Below, one piece after another: positions 1 to 8,015 of a stretch of DNA of 20,000 nucleotides (positions are counted from its first letter, which is position 1; each line of letters begins with the position of its first letter). The notes under the pieces are model-generated. The model did no database searches and had not been told where the DNA came from. It saw nothing but the letters and a program-made list of their open reading frames with translations. The translations under genes were made by a program, and so were the position numbers. The DNA is taken from IMG/VR virus record IMGVR_UViG_3300027985_001212; one strand, 5' to 3'. The stretch comes from an uncultured virus (IMG/VR IMGVR_UViG_3300027985_001212) (taxonomy: Duplodnaviria; Heunggongvirae; Uroviricota; Caudoviricetes).

Positions 1-285
1 GCAAAAACGATCCAGGTAATCCACGTCCGACATATGGCGATAAAGGTCCGACCAGCTTTCCGCCAGCACCGGGTATAACTTGCGCATCTCCATCTCCGTG
101 CGGGCCAGTTGCGCCCCACCGGTTTCGGCAATCGCCTCAATCGCTAAATTAAACGGTGAGGTCGCATCCAGAATATCCTTCGACCCCCCGGACCGTTCAA
201 CCACCTCATTGATGATCATGCGATAGATCGCCTTGGGGTTAAACCGGAACTGATCGATTTTTGACTGAAAATCTTCAATAGCCAC
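1..285 (-). CDS. Virion structural protein, probable baseplate component (phiKZ gp87-like); 5' part only, runs off the window
   Basis: Not in the ORF track; translated by hand. GTG start at 285-283, with AAGGAG overlapping the upstream stop codon. Open frame to base 1: MAIEDFQSKIDQFRFNPKAIYRMIINEVVERSGGSKDILDATSPFNLAIEAIAETGGAQLARTEMEMRKLYPVLAESWSDLYRHMSDVDYLDRFC. The D-x-T-S-P-F and LYP...DLYRHMSDxDY motifs are recalled from this jumbo-phage family. Confidence 0.75.
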   Translation of the reverse strand, partial: MAIEDFQSKIDQFRFNPKAIYRMIINEVVERSGGSKDILDATSPFNLAIEAIAETGGAQLARTEMEMRKLYPVLAESWSDLYRHMSDVDYLDRFC

Positions 286-296
286 AGTGGTGCTCC

Positions 297-1313
297 TTAA
301 CCAAGTAAACGATTATAGTCCGCGATCTTAATCCACCATTCAAATACCATGGTGTCCGGATTGATACGGGGATAGGTCCAGCTATTTAAAAACGGACGGT
401 CTTCACGGGACACCTGAATCATCCATTTCTCACGATAGGCATCGCGCATCTCCGGACAATGTATCTGGGTACAGGTATTAAAGTCCACGATGATCCTTGG
501 GTCTAACGGATGCGCCGTCACGGACCGGAACGGTATCGTAATGATGGAACTTTCAGCTGTCGTGGGATTTTCTCGATCGTAACGAAATTTAGCCCCCAAG
601 TTATCCGCTGTTGGAAAGCTCCACCCCGTGCGCGTCGCGAAGCTCACACACTCCTCGTTCATGTCCAACACAAACCGATAGATCGCCGTATAGTAGTCAA
701 TAAAATACCCAAACATGTTGCTCGGCCATGGGGTCATATACCCTAAGTAAACATTAGAGATATACGTCAACCACAATACAAGCATTAACGTGACCGGGTC
801 ATTATTGGTGTTGTGAAACGTGGCAGTCAAATCAAACGTGCCATTATGCGCATAGATACCGTCAGCCCAACTATGACTCTCTTTGGCAATGCCTTCCGGG
901 GTCGTATAGGTATCGATTTGACCATCTTCCCAGTTATCCAGTTTATCCAGTGCATTGGATAAAATAGGGATAAATGCCTGATCGTGCATAAAGATCGGTG
1001 AAGCGCCCTGTTCACCTTCGATCTTGATGAGATCAGGTGATAGCATATGTTTAATCGCATAATGCAGCGTTTTAGGGTCTTGGGTTAAGAACGGTGACAG
1101 CCGTCTATCTAGTAAAAGGTTATTGTATGATAGATTAAGCCTGGGTCGGGTGAAAAAGACATATCCAAGTGTGTCGGTGTTTGATCGCAATGGATGATGG
1201 GTTGGCATCATGTTGAAGCCATGCAACGCCTCTGTGACTTCCGTCCCCGTAGGGCCCCATCCCTCACTTTGCCGTGCCACTTCGGCCAGTCTATCCAGGA
1301 TATCAGTACTCAT
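297..1313 (-). CDS. Virion structural protein (phiKZ gp88-like), 338 aa
   Basis: Long ORF with GGAG SD (ctcc at 1323-1326). The GYVFFTRPRLNLS motif, DYYTAIYRFVLD and C-terminal YPRINPDT..FEWW resemble the phiKZ-like family. Gene order fits. Confidence 0.75.
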   Translation of the reverse strand: MSTDILDRLAEVARQSEGWGPTGTEVTEALHGFNMMPTHHPLRSNTDTLGYVFFTRPRLNLSYNNLLLDRRLSPFLTQDPKTLHYAIKHMLSPDLIKIEGEQGASPIFMHDQAFIPILSNALDKLDNWEDGQIDTYTTPEGIAKESHSWADGIYAHNGTFDLTATFHNTNNDPVTLMLVLWLTYISNVYLGYMTPWPSNMFGYFIDYYTAIYRFVLDMNEECVSFATRTGWSFPTADNLGAKFRYDRENPTTAESSIITIPFRSVTAHPLDPRIIVDFNTCTQIHCPEMRDAYREKWMIQVSREDRPFLNSWTYPRINPDTMVFEWWIKIADYNRLLG

Positions 1314-1340
1314 GTATTAATTCTCCAAAGGAACGTCACT

Positions 1341-2519
1341 ATGTTTGCAGAAGATTTTGTCACACTTAAAGAGGCGGTCGTAAAGATCTCACAGGTGTTG
1401 GGTGACGCCTCCGCTGAGGATCTTATCTCGTTTACCCGTGTATTACGGGCAGAGCCCCGCACTATCGTCGACACCCGTTTATTCGGTGGCGAGGCGATCA
1501 GTCCGGTGCTTCAGTCCGCCACCACGTTGTTTACGGGCTATTACCTGCAGGCGTTTCAGCTGATGCAGTTGCGGGTTACCCATGCTGAAGTGGCTGGAAT
1601 GTTGAACCAGATCAATCCGAATCGAGACAGTCGTACGGATGCCCGTATCCTCGGTGATGCCCTGGCGTCCTCGATTCAGAGCGAGAATATGGACGTTAAG
1701 GTAAACCTGGCGGTCGAGGGACTCGGCACACTTGCTACATATTCTTCGCTTACGGAAGCGTCAATGCAGGCAATCGACCTGCGTGAGGCCGCGCGTACGG
1801 CGGCGGGTATCAACGGTGCGACGACCCCGGATGGTATGGTAAACTCCACCGATATGTCCCGCATGATGCGCGAGGCAGTCGATCTGTCCGTGGGTAAAGT
1901 GTTTACCGTCACGGTTACCAAAGACAGAAACCGGGCCGAAATCACGTTGACCGTACGACTGAAGGTGGTGCCGGTGGCATCCAATACCATAACCCATATC
2001 CTGACCTCAGGGGTCAACGGTGCGCCGTCCCTGAAGGAACGCTGGGCGCAGGTCACCAACGATGAGATCCGCTTCTTCCAGGATTTCATGTTCAACATCG
2101 ATCTGATGGAAGAACACAAAAAAGCGATTATCGCGGATAAGACGGGGCTTTACTCCGAGATCTTGGATAATCGTCGCAAAAGCAAACTGTGGGGGTATTT
2201 AACCCTACGTCCCTCCGTCGCTGTGGCCTCCAACATCTGGATCATCGACAGCGTGACCCAAAAAGAGGTTGAGCGTGGACTGCACGGCAGTCTGTCTGAC
2301 AACTACCGGCTGCGGCAGAAACTGTTCGCTGGGAGTTACATGCTCCTATTGATCGTTATCGACAGTCGCTGGGATGTGGTCACGTTCTACCACCGGGGGA
2401 TCGAAGACCCTACGGTTTATAAGATCGGTGATCTGAAAGCGGCTAACCGTGCCGGTGCTACCGATGTTACTGAAATACTGAAGGCCTACCAGGCCGGCAG
2501 TGCCCCTTACATGAAATAG
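1341..2519 (+). CDS. Internal head protein (phiKZ gp89-like), 392 aa
   Basis: Start moved from 1194 to ATG 1341: AAGGA SD at 1328-1332, and this removes the overlap with the divergent gene. Motifs RAEPRTIVD, FTGYYLQA, LSVGK, I.FFQDFMFNIDL and V.FYHRG fit the family as recalled. Confidence 0.75.
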   Translation: MFAEDFVTLKEAVVKISQVLGDASAEDLISFTRVLRAEPRTIVDTRLFGGEAISPVLQSATTLFTGYYLQAFQLMQLRVTHAEVAGMLNQINPNRDSRTDARILGDALASSIQSENMDVKVNLAVEGLGTLATYSSLTEASMQAIDLREAARTAAGINGATTPDGMVNSTDMSRMMREAVDLSVGKVFTVTVTKDRNRAEITLTVRLKVVPVASNTITHILTSGVNGAPSLKERWAQVTNDEIRFFQDFMFNIDLMEEHKKAIIADKTGLYSEILDNRRKSKLWGYLTLRPSVAVASNIWIIDSVTQKEVERGLHGSLSDNYRLRQKLFAGSYMLLLIVIDSRWDVVTFYHRGIEDPTVYKIGDLKAANRAGATDVTEILKAYQAGSAPYMK

Positions 2520-2531
2520 GAGCCGTGTGCA

Positions 2532-3437
2532 ATGGATATCATGTCGTTTGTAAAAAGTCTGTTAACCACGGTTAACAAAACCCAGCTGTCTGACGATGTG
2601 GAGACCGCGATCAATCTGATTGATACGGTGACCATGCCGCTGTTGAATAAAGCCACGGCGTCCCTTAAGGGGGCTGACGTATGGGCCCCGGAAAACAAAG
2701 TGATCATCGACTTTCAGAAACGCGCCAAGTTTCTGACCCCCAACGCGCCCAAAACTACCAATATTTTGGAGGACAGTGAAGTCGCTCTGCGCGCCTTCCG
2801 GGTATGGTTGGATTGGGCACGGAAAACCGTTGACGCGATCAAGGGGGAAGAGATTCCCAGCGTCGGCATCTCATATAGCCGAGCTAACCTGATTCGGGTG
2901 ATCGGGTTGACCCGTTTTATGACACGCTATATCACGCAGATTGTGGTCTGGGCATTGCGTGAAGAGAACGCCGCGCGTATGGGGAATACGCGTGTCCTGG
3001 GGCTTACCATTCTGAAACCGGAGATTGAGTACCTCAACAGTCACCTGCGTGATTTCTGCGTGGGCCTGAACATTGGGTTGGGGTCACGCGAAGGGCTGGT
3101 ACGCGAAATGGACCGGTTGACCGATCAGGTGGTCTCAGCTGACAACTTTGAATTGGTGAAACGTGCCGCCGGTCCAGGTGCGGTCAGCTTTACAGGCGGT
3201 GACCGGCTGTCTTATAACTTATGGCCGACCTACCACATCGCGATGTTGATCGCTGAACATAATGCTAAAAATGTGCTGTTGGCGAAAGCTGAGTTAGAGG
3301 AAGCAGAACTGCAGCTGATCGCGTACCGTGAGATTCAAGAGTCCGGTAACACGGATATTGTCTTGCAGCGCCGGATCGAACGGATACAGAACAAGATCAC
3401 CGTGTTGAAAAAACAGATTGCTGATATGGAGGAGTAG
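2532..3437 (+). CDS. Internal head protein (phiKZ gp90-like), 301 aa, with C-terminal coiled coil
   Basis: AGGAG SD. WPTYHI followed by a heptad-rich helix (AKAELEEAELQLIAY...IERIQNKITVLKKQIADMEE). Lies directly after the gp89-like gene. Confidence 0.7.
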   Translation: MDIMSFVKSLLTTVNKTQLSDDVETAINLIDTVTMPLLNKATASLKGADVWAPENKVIIDFQKRAKFLTPNAPKTTNILEDSEVALRAFRVWLDWARKTVDAIKGEEIPSVGISYSRANLIRVIGLTRFMTRYITQIVVWALREENAARMGNTRVLGLTILKPEIEYLNSHLRDFCVGLNIGLGSREGLVREMDRLTDQVVSADNFELVKRAAGPGAVSFTGGDRLSYNLWPTYHIAMLIAEHNAKNVLLAKAELEEAELQLIAYREIQESGNTDIVLQRRIERIQNKITVLKKQIADMEE

Positions 3438-3441
3438 TTCG

Positions 3442-4005
3442 ATGGGAACTGGACCCGTTACAACGAATTGGACTACGATGGCCTCGGGGTATAAGGTGCC
3501 GTTCGACGCCTGGCAGAGCATTGAGAGGATGGACCTGCACCGTTACTTGACCGAGTGGGTCGGTAAACTGCAGTGTCAATCAGCACCCTTTACCCCTGAG
3601 GAGCAGATGGAGATCATCAGTCTGCTGGCGAAGTGTCCGTTGACCAGCGTCACATTCTACCTCGATCAGTTACACCAACCCACCTGTTACGGCCCGGCCC
3701 GTGAACTGATTGTGGATACACTGAGTCTGGTGTGTTACGACCAGTGTCGGCGGCATGACGTACTGTTGTACGGCTCGATCATCAACCCCGATCGTCAGCC
3801 GGATCCGCTCGCGGTGACGCGTGCGTTTAAACACGACCGTAACCAGTTTAACGCTAAAGCATTACAGGCTGAACGTCGCTCGTTTATGGCCCGTTGGTTG
3901 GCGACCCCGGGTGGCTTTAACGATATGTTGTACCTGCTGTATGTGATCGTCAATGGCCCGATCCCGCCGGGGCAGCCCGGATTCTTTCTCAACACACAAT
4001 CCTAA
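3442..4005 (+). CDS. Conserved hypothetical phage protein (position of phiKZ gp91), about 187 aa
   Basis: Start reassigned from 3418 to ATG 3442 (GGAGGAG at 3428-3434). Fills the gap between structural genes. C-terminal ARWLATPGGFNDMLYLL motif. Confidence 0.6.
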   Translation: MGTGPVTTNWTTMASGYKVPFDAWQSIERMDLHRYLTEWVGKLQCQSAPFTPEEQMEIISLLAKCPLTSVTFYLDQLHQPTCYGPARELIVDTLSLVCYDQCRRHDVLLYGSIINPDRQPDPLAVTRAFKHDRNQFNAKALQAERRSFMARWLATPGGFNDMLYLLYVIVNGPIPPGQPGFFLNTQS

Positions 4006-4016
4006 GGGAGGCTCTT

Positions 4017-5153
4017 ATGTCCACGGATGTAACGGACGATTACTATACCGACGTCATCGGTGTCGAAACAGCACTCCAAGCGGTGCAACACACCCAATAT
4101 CAGATGACCTGTTTGCAGGATAGCCTGCAGGTGTTCAGTGCGTTGGAACAGTTTACGGAATCCCTGCAGGCCAAAGGTCAGGTTGATGACACGTTGGTCG
4201 CGGTAAAAACCAGCCTTCAGTCCGCCGCGGGTCTGGGTCCTGAAACCGTTTCACTGCAAGGCTTCGTCGAAACCCTGCGGGCCGCCTGGACAGCCCTCCA
4301 GAAGATGATGGATCGGGTGGCTGAAAGCCTGCGGACGTTATGGGATAAAATCTTTGGTTCGTTACCGACCATGCGTGAGCGGCTGAAGAAACAAGCGGAT
4401 GCAATCAGTACACGCGAAAAAGAGAAAACTACCAACAAGAAAAACAAGCTGAGTGTAACCGGCTACAATGCGTTAGGGGGCGGCGGTCGACTTGATAGTC
4501 AGACCGTCATCAATGGTCTGAAAGCGATGCATGCGGCGCTGAGCACTGCCTATGGGCTGCGCACAGATGTTATGGCGGTCTATCAGTCAATGGCGAGTCA
4601 TTTCACTGACCACACGATCGCCAAACGTACCCCTGAACAGCTAGCGCAAATCACTAGCGAAACGACCGAAGCGTTGTCGAAGAAGTTTATCAGCTATAAA
4701 GCGTTTAACGATATGGACAAGATCACCTTGCCGGGGGACAAACGGGTCGCCGTGGTCCCGAACGAAATGCCGCGGGTGATTAAAGTAGGCGAAGACCATG
4801 ATGACCGGATCGAAGTAAACGCCTGGTCATTGATGGAGTGTCAAAAGGTCAACGATGAAGCCATTAAGGTGGTGGATATTATGTTGGCGAACAAAAACTT
4901 CAAAGATGATCTCGAAAAGGCCCGTAAAACGGCGGTAAGTGCCACTGATAAGATGGTACGGTCGGTCAACCGAGCCGGCGAGGTCGGGGGCACCGGCGGT
5001 AATCTGAGCGCGAAGTCGGTCGATAAACGGATGCGCGTTTTCAGTCGCTTCAATACTGGCGTATTTGATAAACTCAATACCTTTGGGTACAACAGTGCGC
5101 GTACTGCGTACAATGTTGTTAATCTTATGGTGGCAAATAAAGTGGCGGTATAA
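4017..5153 (+). CDS. Internal head / ejection protein paralogue 1 (phiKZ gp93-97-like family), 378 aa, with acidic propeptide
   Basis: GGGAGG SD. Acidic N-terminus, then the amphipathic helix GFVETLRAAW...LWDKIFG, then a basic body. Shares LPGD, AWS and YNSAR motifs with the next two genes. Confidence 0.75.
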   Translation: MSTDVTDDYYTDVIGVETALQAVQHTQYQMTCLQDSLQVFSALEQFTESLQAKGQVDDTLVAVKTSLQSAAGLGPETVSLQGFVETLRAAWTALQKMMDRVAESLRTLWDKIFGSLPTMRERLKKQADAISTREKEKTTNKKNKLSVTGYNALGGGGRLDSQTVINGLKAMHAALSTAYGLRTDVMAVYQSMASHFTDHTIAKRTPEQLAQITSETTEALSKKFISYKAFNDMDKITLPGDKRVAVVPNEMPRVIKVGEDHDDRIEVNAWSLMECQKVNDEAIKVVDIMLANKNFKDDLEKARKTAVSATDKMVRSVNRAGEVGGTGGNLSAKSVDKRMRVFSRFNTGVFDKLNTFGYNSARTAYNVVNLMVANKVAV

Positions 5154-5226
5154 GCCCCACTGGCTGCTGTTACAAAAAAACCACTACCTGCGCAGGGGTG
5201 GAAAACTTACGAATGGAGTAAAGAAC

Positions 5227-6468
5227 ATGTTCGATATGCACGTAAGCCTCCAGGAACTGATGAACGAAGAAGACGTCCCGATGGCGGCCGAGACCGACGA
5301 AGGCTACGACGAATCCGTTGCCGAAGTCGCCATGGCCGAGACCTCCATGCAGGCCGCTGTCTACATGGAAAAACACGCACTGCGCGTGTTCGATGCCCTG
5401 GAATCCATGCAGTCCGTCATCACCGAAGTCGCCGGCGACAAAGGTCTGACGGTGGGTGAAGCTACCCTGATGCGTGAAGCCCTGCAAAACCTGGCCCCGG
5501 AGCTGCAGCTGGGCGCTTCGGTGTCTACCCAGTGCTTCGACGCCAACCTCGACGACGATGGCCGTCGCACTGCCTGGGAAGTATCCGCGCAGGCGATCGG
5601 TGAACGTCTGGCCGCTATCTGGCGCGCCTTCGTCAACGGCGCTCTGCGCGCCATGGCCAGTATCGCCGACTTCTTCTCCAAGGTGTTCTCTTCCGCACCG
5701 AAGCTGAAAGCCAAAATGGTGGCACTGAAAGACGAAGTAGGCAAGGCTAAGTTCGCCGGTGAAGGCAAAGTGAAGGTATCCGGCTACAGCCGCCTGGGGT
5801 TGGGCGGTAAGATGGACCCGGCAACCATCGCCAAGGCACTGGGTAACCTCGACGATTTCATGAAGCGCGTCATCGCCACCAAATCTGAACTCGTCAACTT
5901 CTACAAGGAAACCGGCTCGACTGTCGCCAAAGCGATGAACGAGAAGTCCGAAAGCACCGCGACGGAACTGGCAAAGACTATCGATACCCTGGTGAAAGAC
6001 AGCAATGTGCTGGCTGACGCCGATAAGCTCCCCGGTATCGAGCTGCCGGGTGATCGTAAGTTCGATAACAATTCGCTGGCGCTGCGCAGTAAAACCACTG
6101 CCAATGAAAGCATGGAGATCGACGCCTGGTCATCTGCCGACTGCACCACCGTGCTGGATGCTGCCATCGCCGTGATCGACACGCTGCTGAAAGACACGAA
6201 CTACCCCAAAGAGGCTAACGCGGCCCGCAAAACCGCTATGGAAGAAGTGACCAAGCTGGTCGACAGCTTCGATCGTGGTCGCTTGGCCAAATGGTGGACC
6301 CGTACTGCAGTGGATCAGTACATGAAGGCTGTCCGTAAAAACTTCGTCACGGTCTACAACAGCGGTGGTAACCTGGCGTACTCCTCTGCTCGTGCGGCCC
6401 TGGCTGCCGTTGAGACGATGAAAAGCGCGGCCACCAAAGGCAAGAAAGAAGACGCCCCGGCGGCGTAA
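5227..6468 (+). CDS. Internal head / ejection protein paralogue 2, 413 aa, probably highly expressed
   Basis: Start reassigned from 5065 to ATG 5227 (GGAG at 5215-5218). Very acidic N-terminal 122 aa, then AIGERLAAIW...FFSKVF and an Ala/Lys-rich body. Visibly C/G-ending codon bias and its own terminator. Confidence 0.8.
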   Translation: MFDMHVSLQELMNEEDVPMAAETDEGYDESVAEVAMAETSMQAAVYMEKHALRVFDALESMQSVITEVAGDKGLTVGEATLMREALQNLAPELQLGASVSTQCFDANLDDDGRRTAWEVSAQAIGERLAAIWRAFVNGALRAMASIADFFSKVFSSAPKLKAKMVALKDEVGKAKFAGEGKVKVSGYSRLGLGGKMDPATIAKALGNLDDFMKRVIATKSELVNFYKETGSTVAKAMNEKSESTATELAKTIDTLVKDSNVLADADKLPGIELPGDRKFDNNSLALRSKTTANESMEIDAWSSADCTTVLDAAIAVIDTLLKDTNYPKEANAARKTAMEEVTKLVDSFDRGRLAKWWTRTAVDQYMKAVRKNFVTVYNSGGNLAYSSARAALAAVETMKSAATKGKKEDAPAA

Positions 6469-6484
6469 TTAACTACCGGCACTG

Positions 6485-6511
6485 AGGAGAACCCTTCGGG
6501 GTTCTCCTTTT
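6485..6511 (+). terminator. Intrinsic terminator with cUUCGg loop
   Basis: AGGAGAACCC-TTCG-GGGTTCTCCT (10-bp stem) followed by TTT, starting 17 nt after the stop at 6468. Confidence 0.85.
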
Positions 6512-6586
6512 ATGCCGCCTCATAAACCCCATGATATGCACTGTGCATATATCACTAAACGTTGCAACGTTTTAGGAGTAGACCGT

Positions 6587-7900
6587 ATGGATATTTTAAC
6601 TGAATGTCTTCAGGGGCTGGACGCGACAGTCGTTGAAGTAAAGAAAGCGGCCCCGGCCGCCGTGGTGGATGAACTGCTCGATCCGATCGTGGAAGACGGT
6701 CTGGAAGAGGACCATGACTTCACCAAAGTGGTTGAAGCCGAACTCGACGCACAAGCAAAGCTCGTGGTGTCCGAACAGGCCTATAATCTCTTTGTGGGGC
6801 TGGCCGGCATGTATGACCAGATTAGCGTGTTAGCGGGGGATACGGGACTGACCCAACGCGAAGCCCTGCTTGCACAAGCTAGCCTACAGAACCTGGTACC
6901 GGAACATACGTTCTTAAACGACGTGATGGCCACCCAGGGTTGGGGTACCGCCAGTACGCGTAACGAGGCGACTGAAACCTCATTGCAGGCGATCGGTGAA
7001 CGGCTGAGCCGCGTGTGGCAGATCATGTTGAATGGCATGCAGCGTGCTATCGCCGCGGTGATGAACCTGTGGCATGCCATCTTCGGCTCCCTGCCGCAGC
7101 TGGAGAAAAAACTTGAAAGCACGATGACCGCTGTCGAGGCGATGAAAACCAGCAAACCGAAACTGGCGGAAAAAACCCTTACCTTTACCGGCGCCTCGAC
7201 GCTGGCGTATAAAGGTAAAATGGATCCGACCTCTGTGCGTACCGGTATCAATGAAACCGCTGTCGTGTACAAAGCAGTTGTGGAATCGACGGGTCAGGTA
7301 ACGAGTGAACTGTCTAAGTTAAGCACCACCGTTACGTCGGTGATGGGTTTATCGGAAGAAGAGCTGAAAAGTCGTTTCGGTGATGTATCCGGTAACCTGG
7401 CGGCCGCGATGGGGGCAATTGATGAACCGAAACTCCCCGCCATTAATCGCGAGATGAGCGGCGGTAATATCCTTGTACTCCATGGCACCGGGGAAGGCAA
7501 TAAGACAGCCAAGGTGAAAGTGAGTAAAGTGGAAGGGGGTGCGGGACAGGGTGCTCAGACGGCTGATGCCTGGGGACACGATGATGTACTGCGGGTATTG
7601 AAAGATGCTAAGGCACTTCTGGAGGTAGTGTCGCAGAATCAGGATATTCCCGCGAAAATCAAGAAAGCCAAAGACGCGGCGACCAAAGAAGCCGATAAGC
7701 TGGTAAAAACCTTTGATAAAGGGACACTGGCCAAATGGTGGACCCGTCAGCGCGTTAACAGTATACTGGCAACTATCACCAGCAATCGCTACGCATATAT
7801 CGACAATGTCGGCACCCACTCGTATAACGTGGTGCGTACGGCGGTGAATGCATCGCTGATGTGCACCCGTAACTTCGTGGCGGACGACGCCGGTAAATAA
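6587..7900 (+). CDS. Internal head / ejection protein paralogue 3, 437 aa
   Basis: Start reassigned from 6512 to ATG 6587 (AGGAG at 6574-6578). Shares Q-AIGERL, GKMDP, DAW and LAKWWTR with paralogue 2. Confidence 0.8.
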   Translation: MDILTECLQGLDATVVEVKKAAPAAVVDELLDPIVEDGLEEDHDFTKVVEAELDAQAKLVVSEQAYNLFVGLAGMYDQISVLAGDTGLTQREALLAQASLQNLVPEHTFLNDVMATQGWGTASTRNEATETSLQAIGERLSRVWQIMLNGMQRAIAAVMNLWHAIFGSLPQLEKKLESTMTAVEAMKTSKPKLAEKTLTFTGASTLAYKGKMDPTSVRTGINETAVVYKAVVESTGQVTSELSKLSTTVTSVMGLSEEELKSRFGDVSGNLAAAMGAIDEPKLPAINREMSGGNILVLHGTGEGNKTAKVKVSKVEGGAGQGAQTADAWGHDDVLRVLKDAKALLEVVSQNQDIPAKIKKAKDAATKEADKLVKTFDKGTLAKWWTRQRVNSILATITSNRYAYIDNVGTHSYNVVRTAVNASLMCTRNFVADDAGK

Positions 7901-7904
7901 ACCG

Positions 7905-7937
7905 TAAGAGAGAGGGGGATTATACCCCTCTCTCTTA
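7905..7937 (+). terminator. Hairpin, probable terminator
   Basis: TAAGAGAGAGGGG-GATTATA-CCCCTCTCTCTTA, a 13-bp perfect stem just after the stop at 7900. No long U tract. Confidence 0.7.
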
Positions 7938-7956
7938 TGCCGCCTAGCTTGTATTT

Positions 7957-7975
7957 ATTTTCAACCCCATACTAC
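7957..7975 (+). promoter_or_regulatory. Candidate phiKZ-type early (virion RNAP) promoter
   Basis: ATTTTCA-accc-CATACTAC, 6/8 match to the phiKZ early consensus TATATTAC. Same upstream heptamer and spacing as the motif at 16000-16018. Confidence 0.5.
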
Positions 7976-8015
7976 TCTTACGCAATACCCTACTTCAGTT
8001 TAAAGGAGTTACCTC

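Noticed and set aside
1194..1340. Longer ORF-track starts at 1194 (also 3418, 5065, 6512 and 18801)
   Set aside because: They overlap neighbouring genes or intergenic signals and lack SDs. Downstream ATGs have well-spaced SD sequences.
5170..7819. Multiple antisense ORFs opposite the head paralogues
   Set aside because: Expected by-products of strong codon bias on the coding strand; no SDs or motifs.
4017..7900. Recoding of CAA/CAG to Glu as the explanation for the S-X-Q motifs
   Set aside because: Conserved glutamines of ThyA (YQRS and KQWR use CAA; ENQI uses CAG) use the same codons, and conserved Glu positions use GAA/GAG. The standard code applies.
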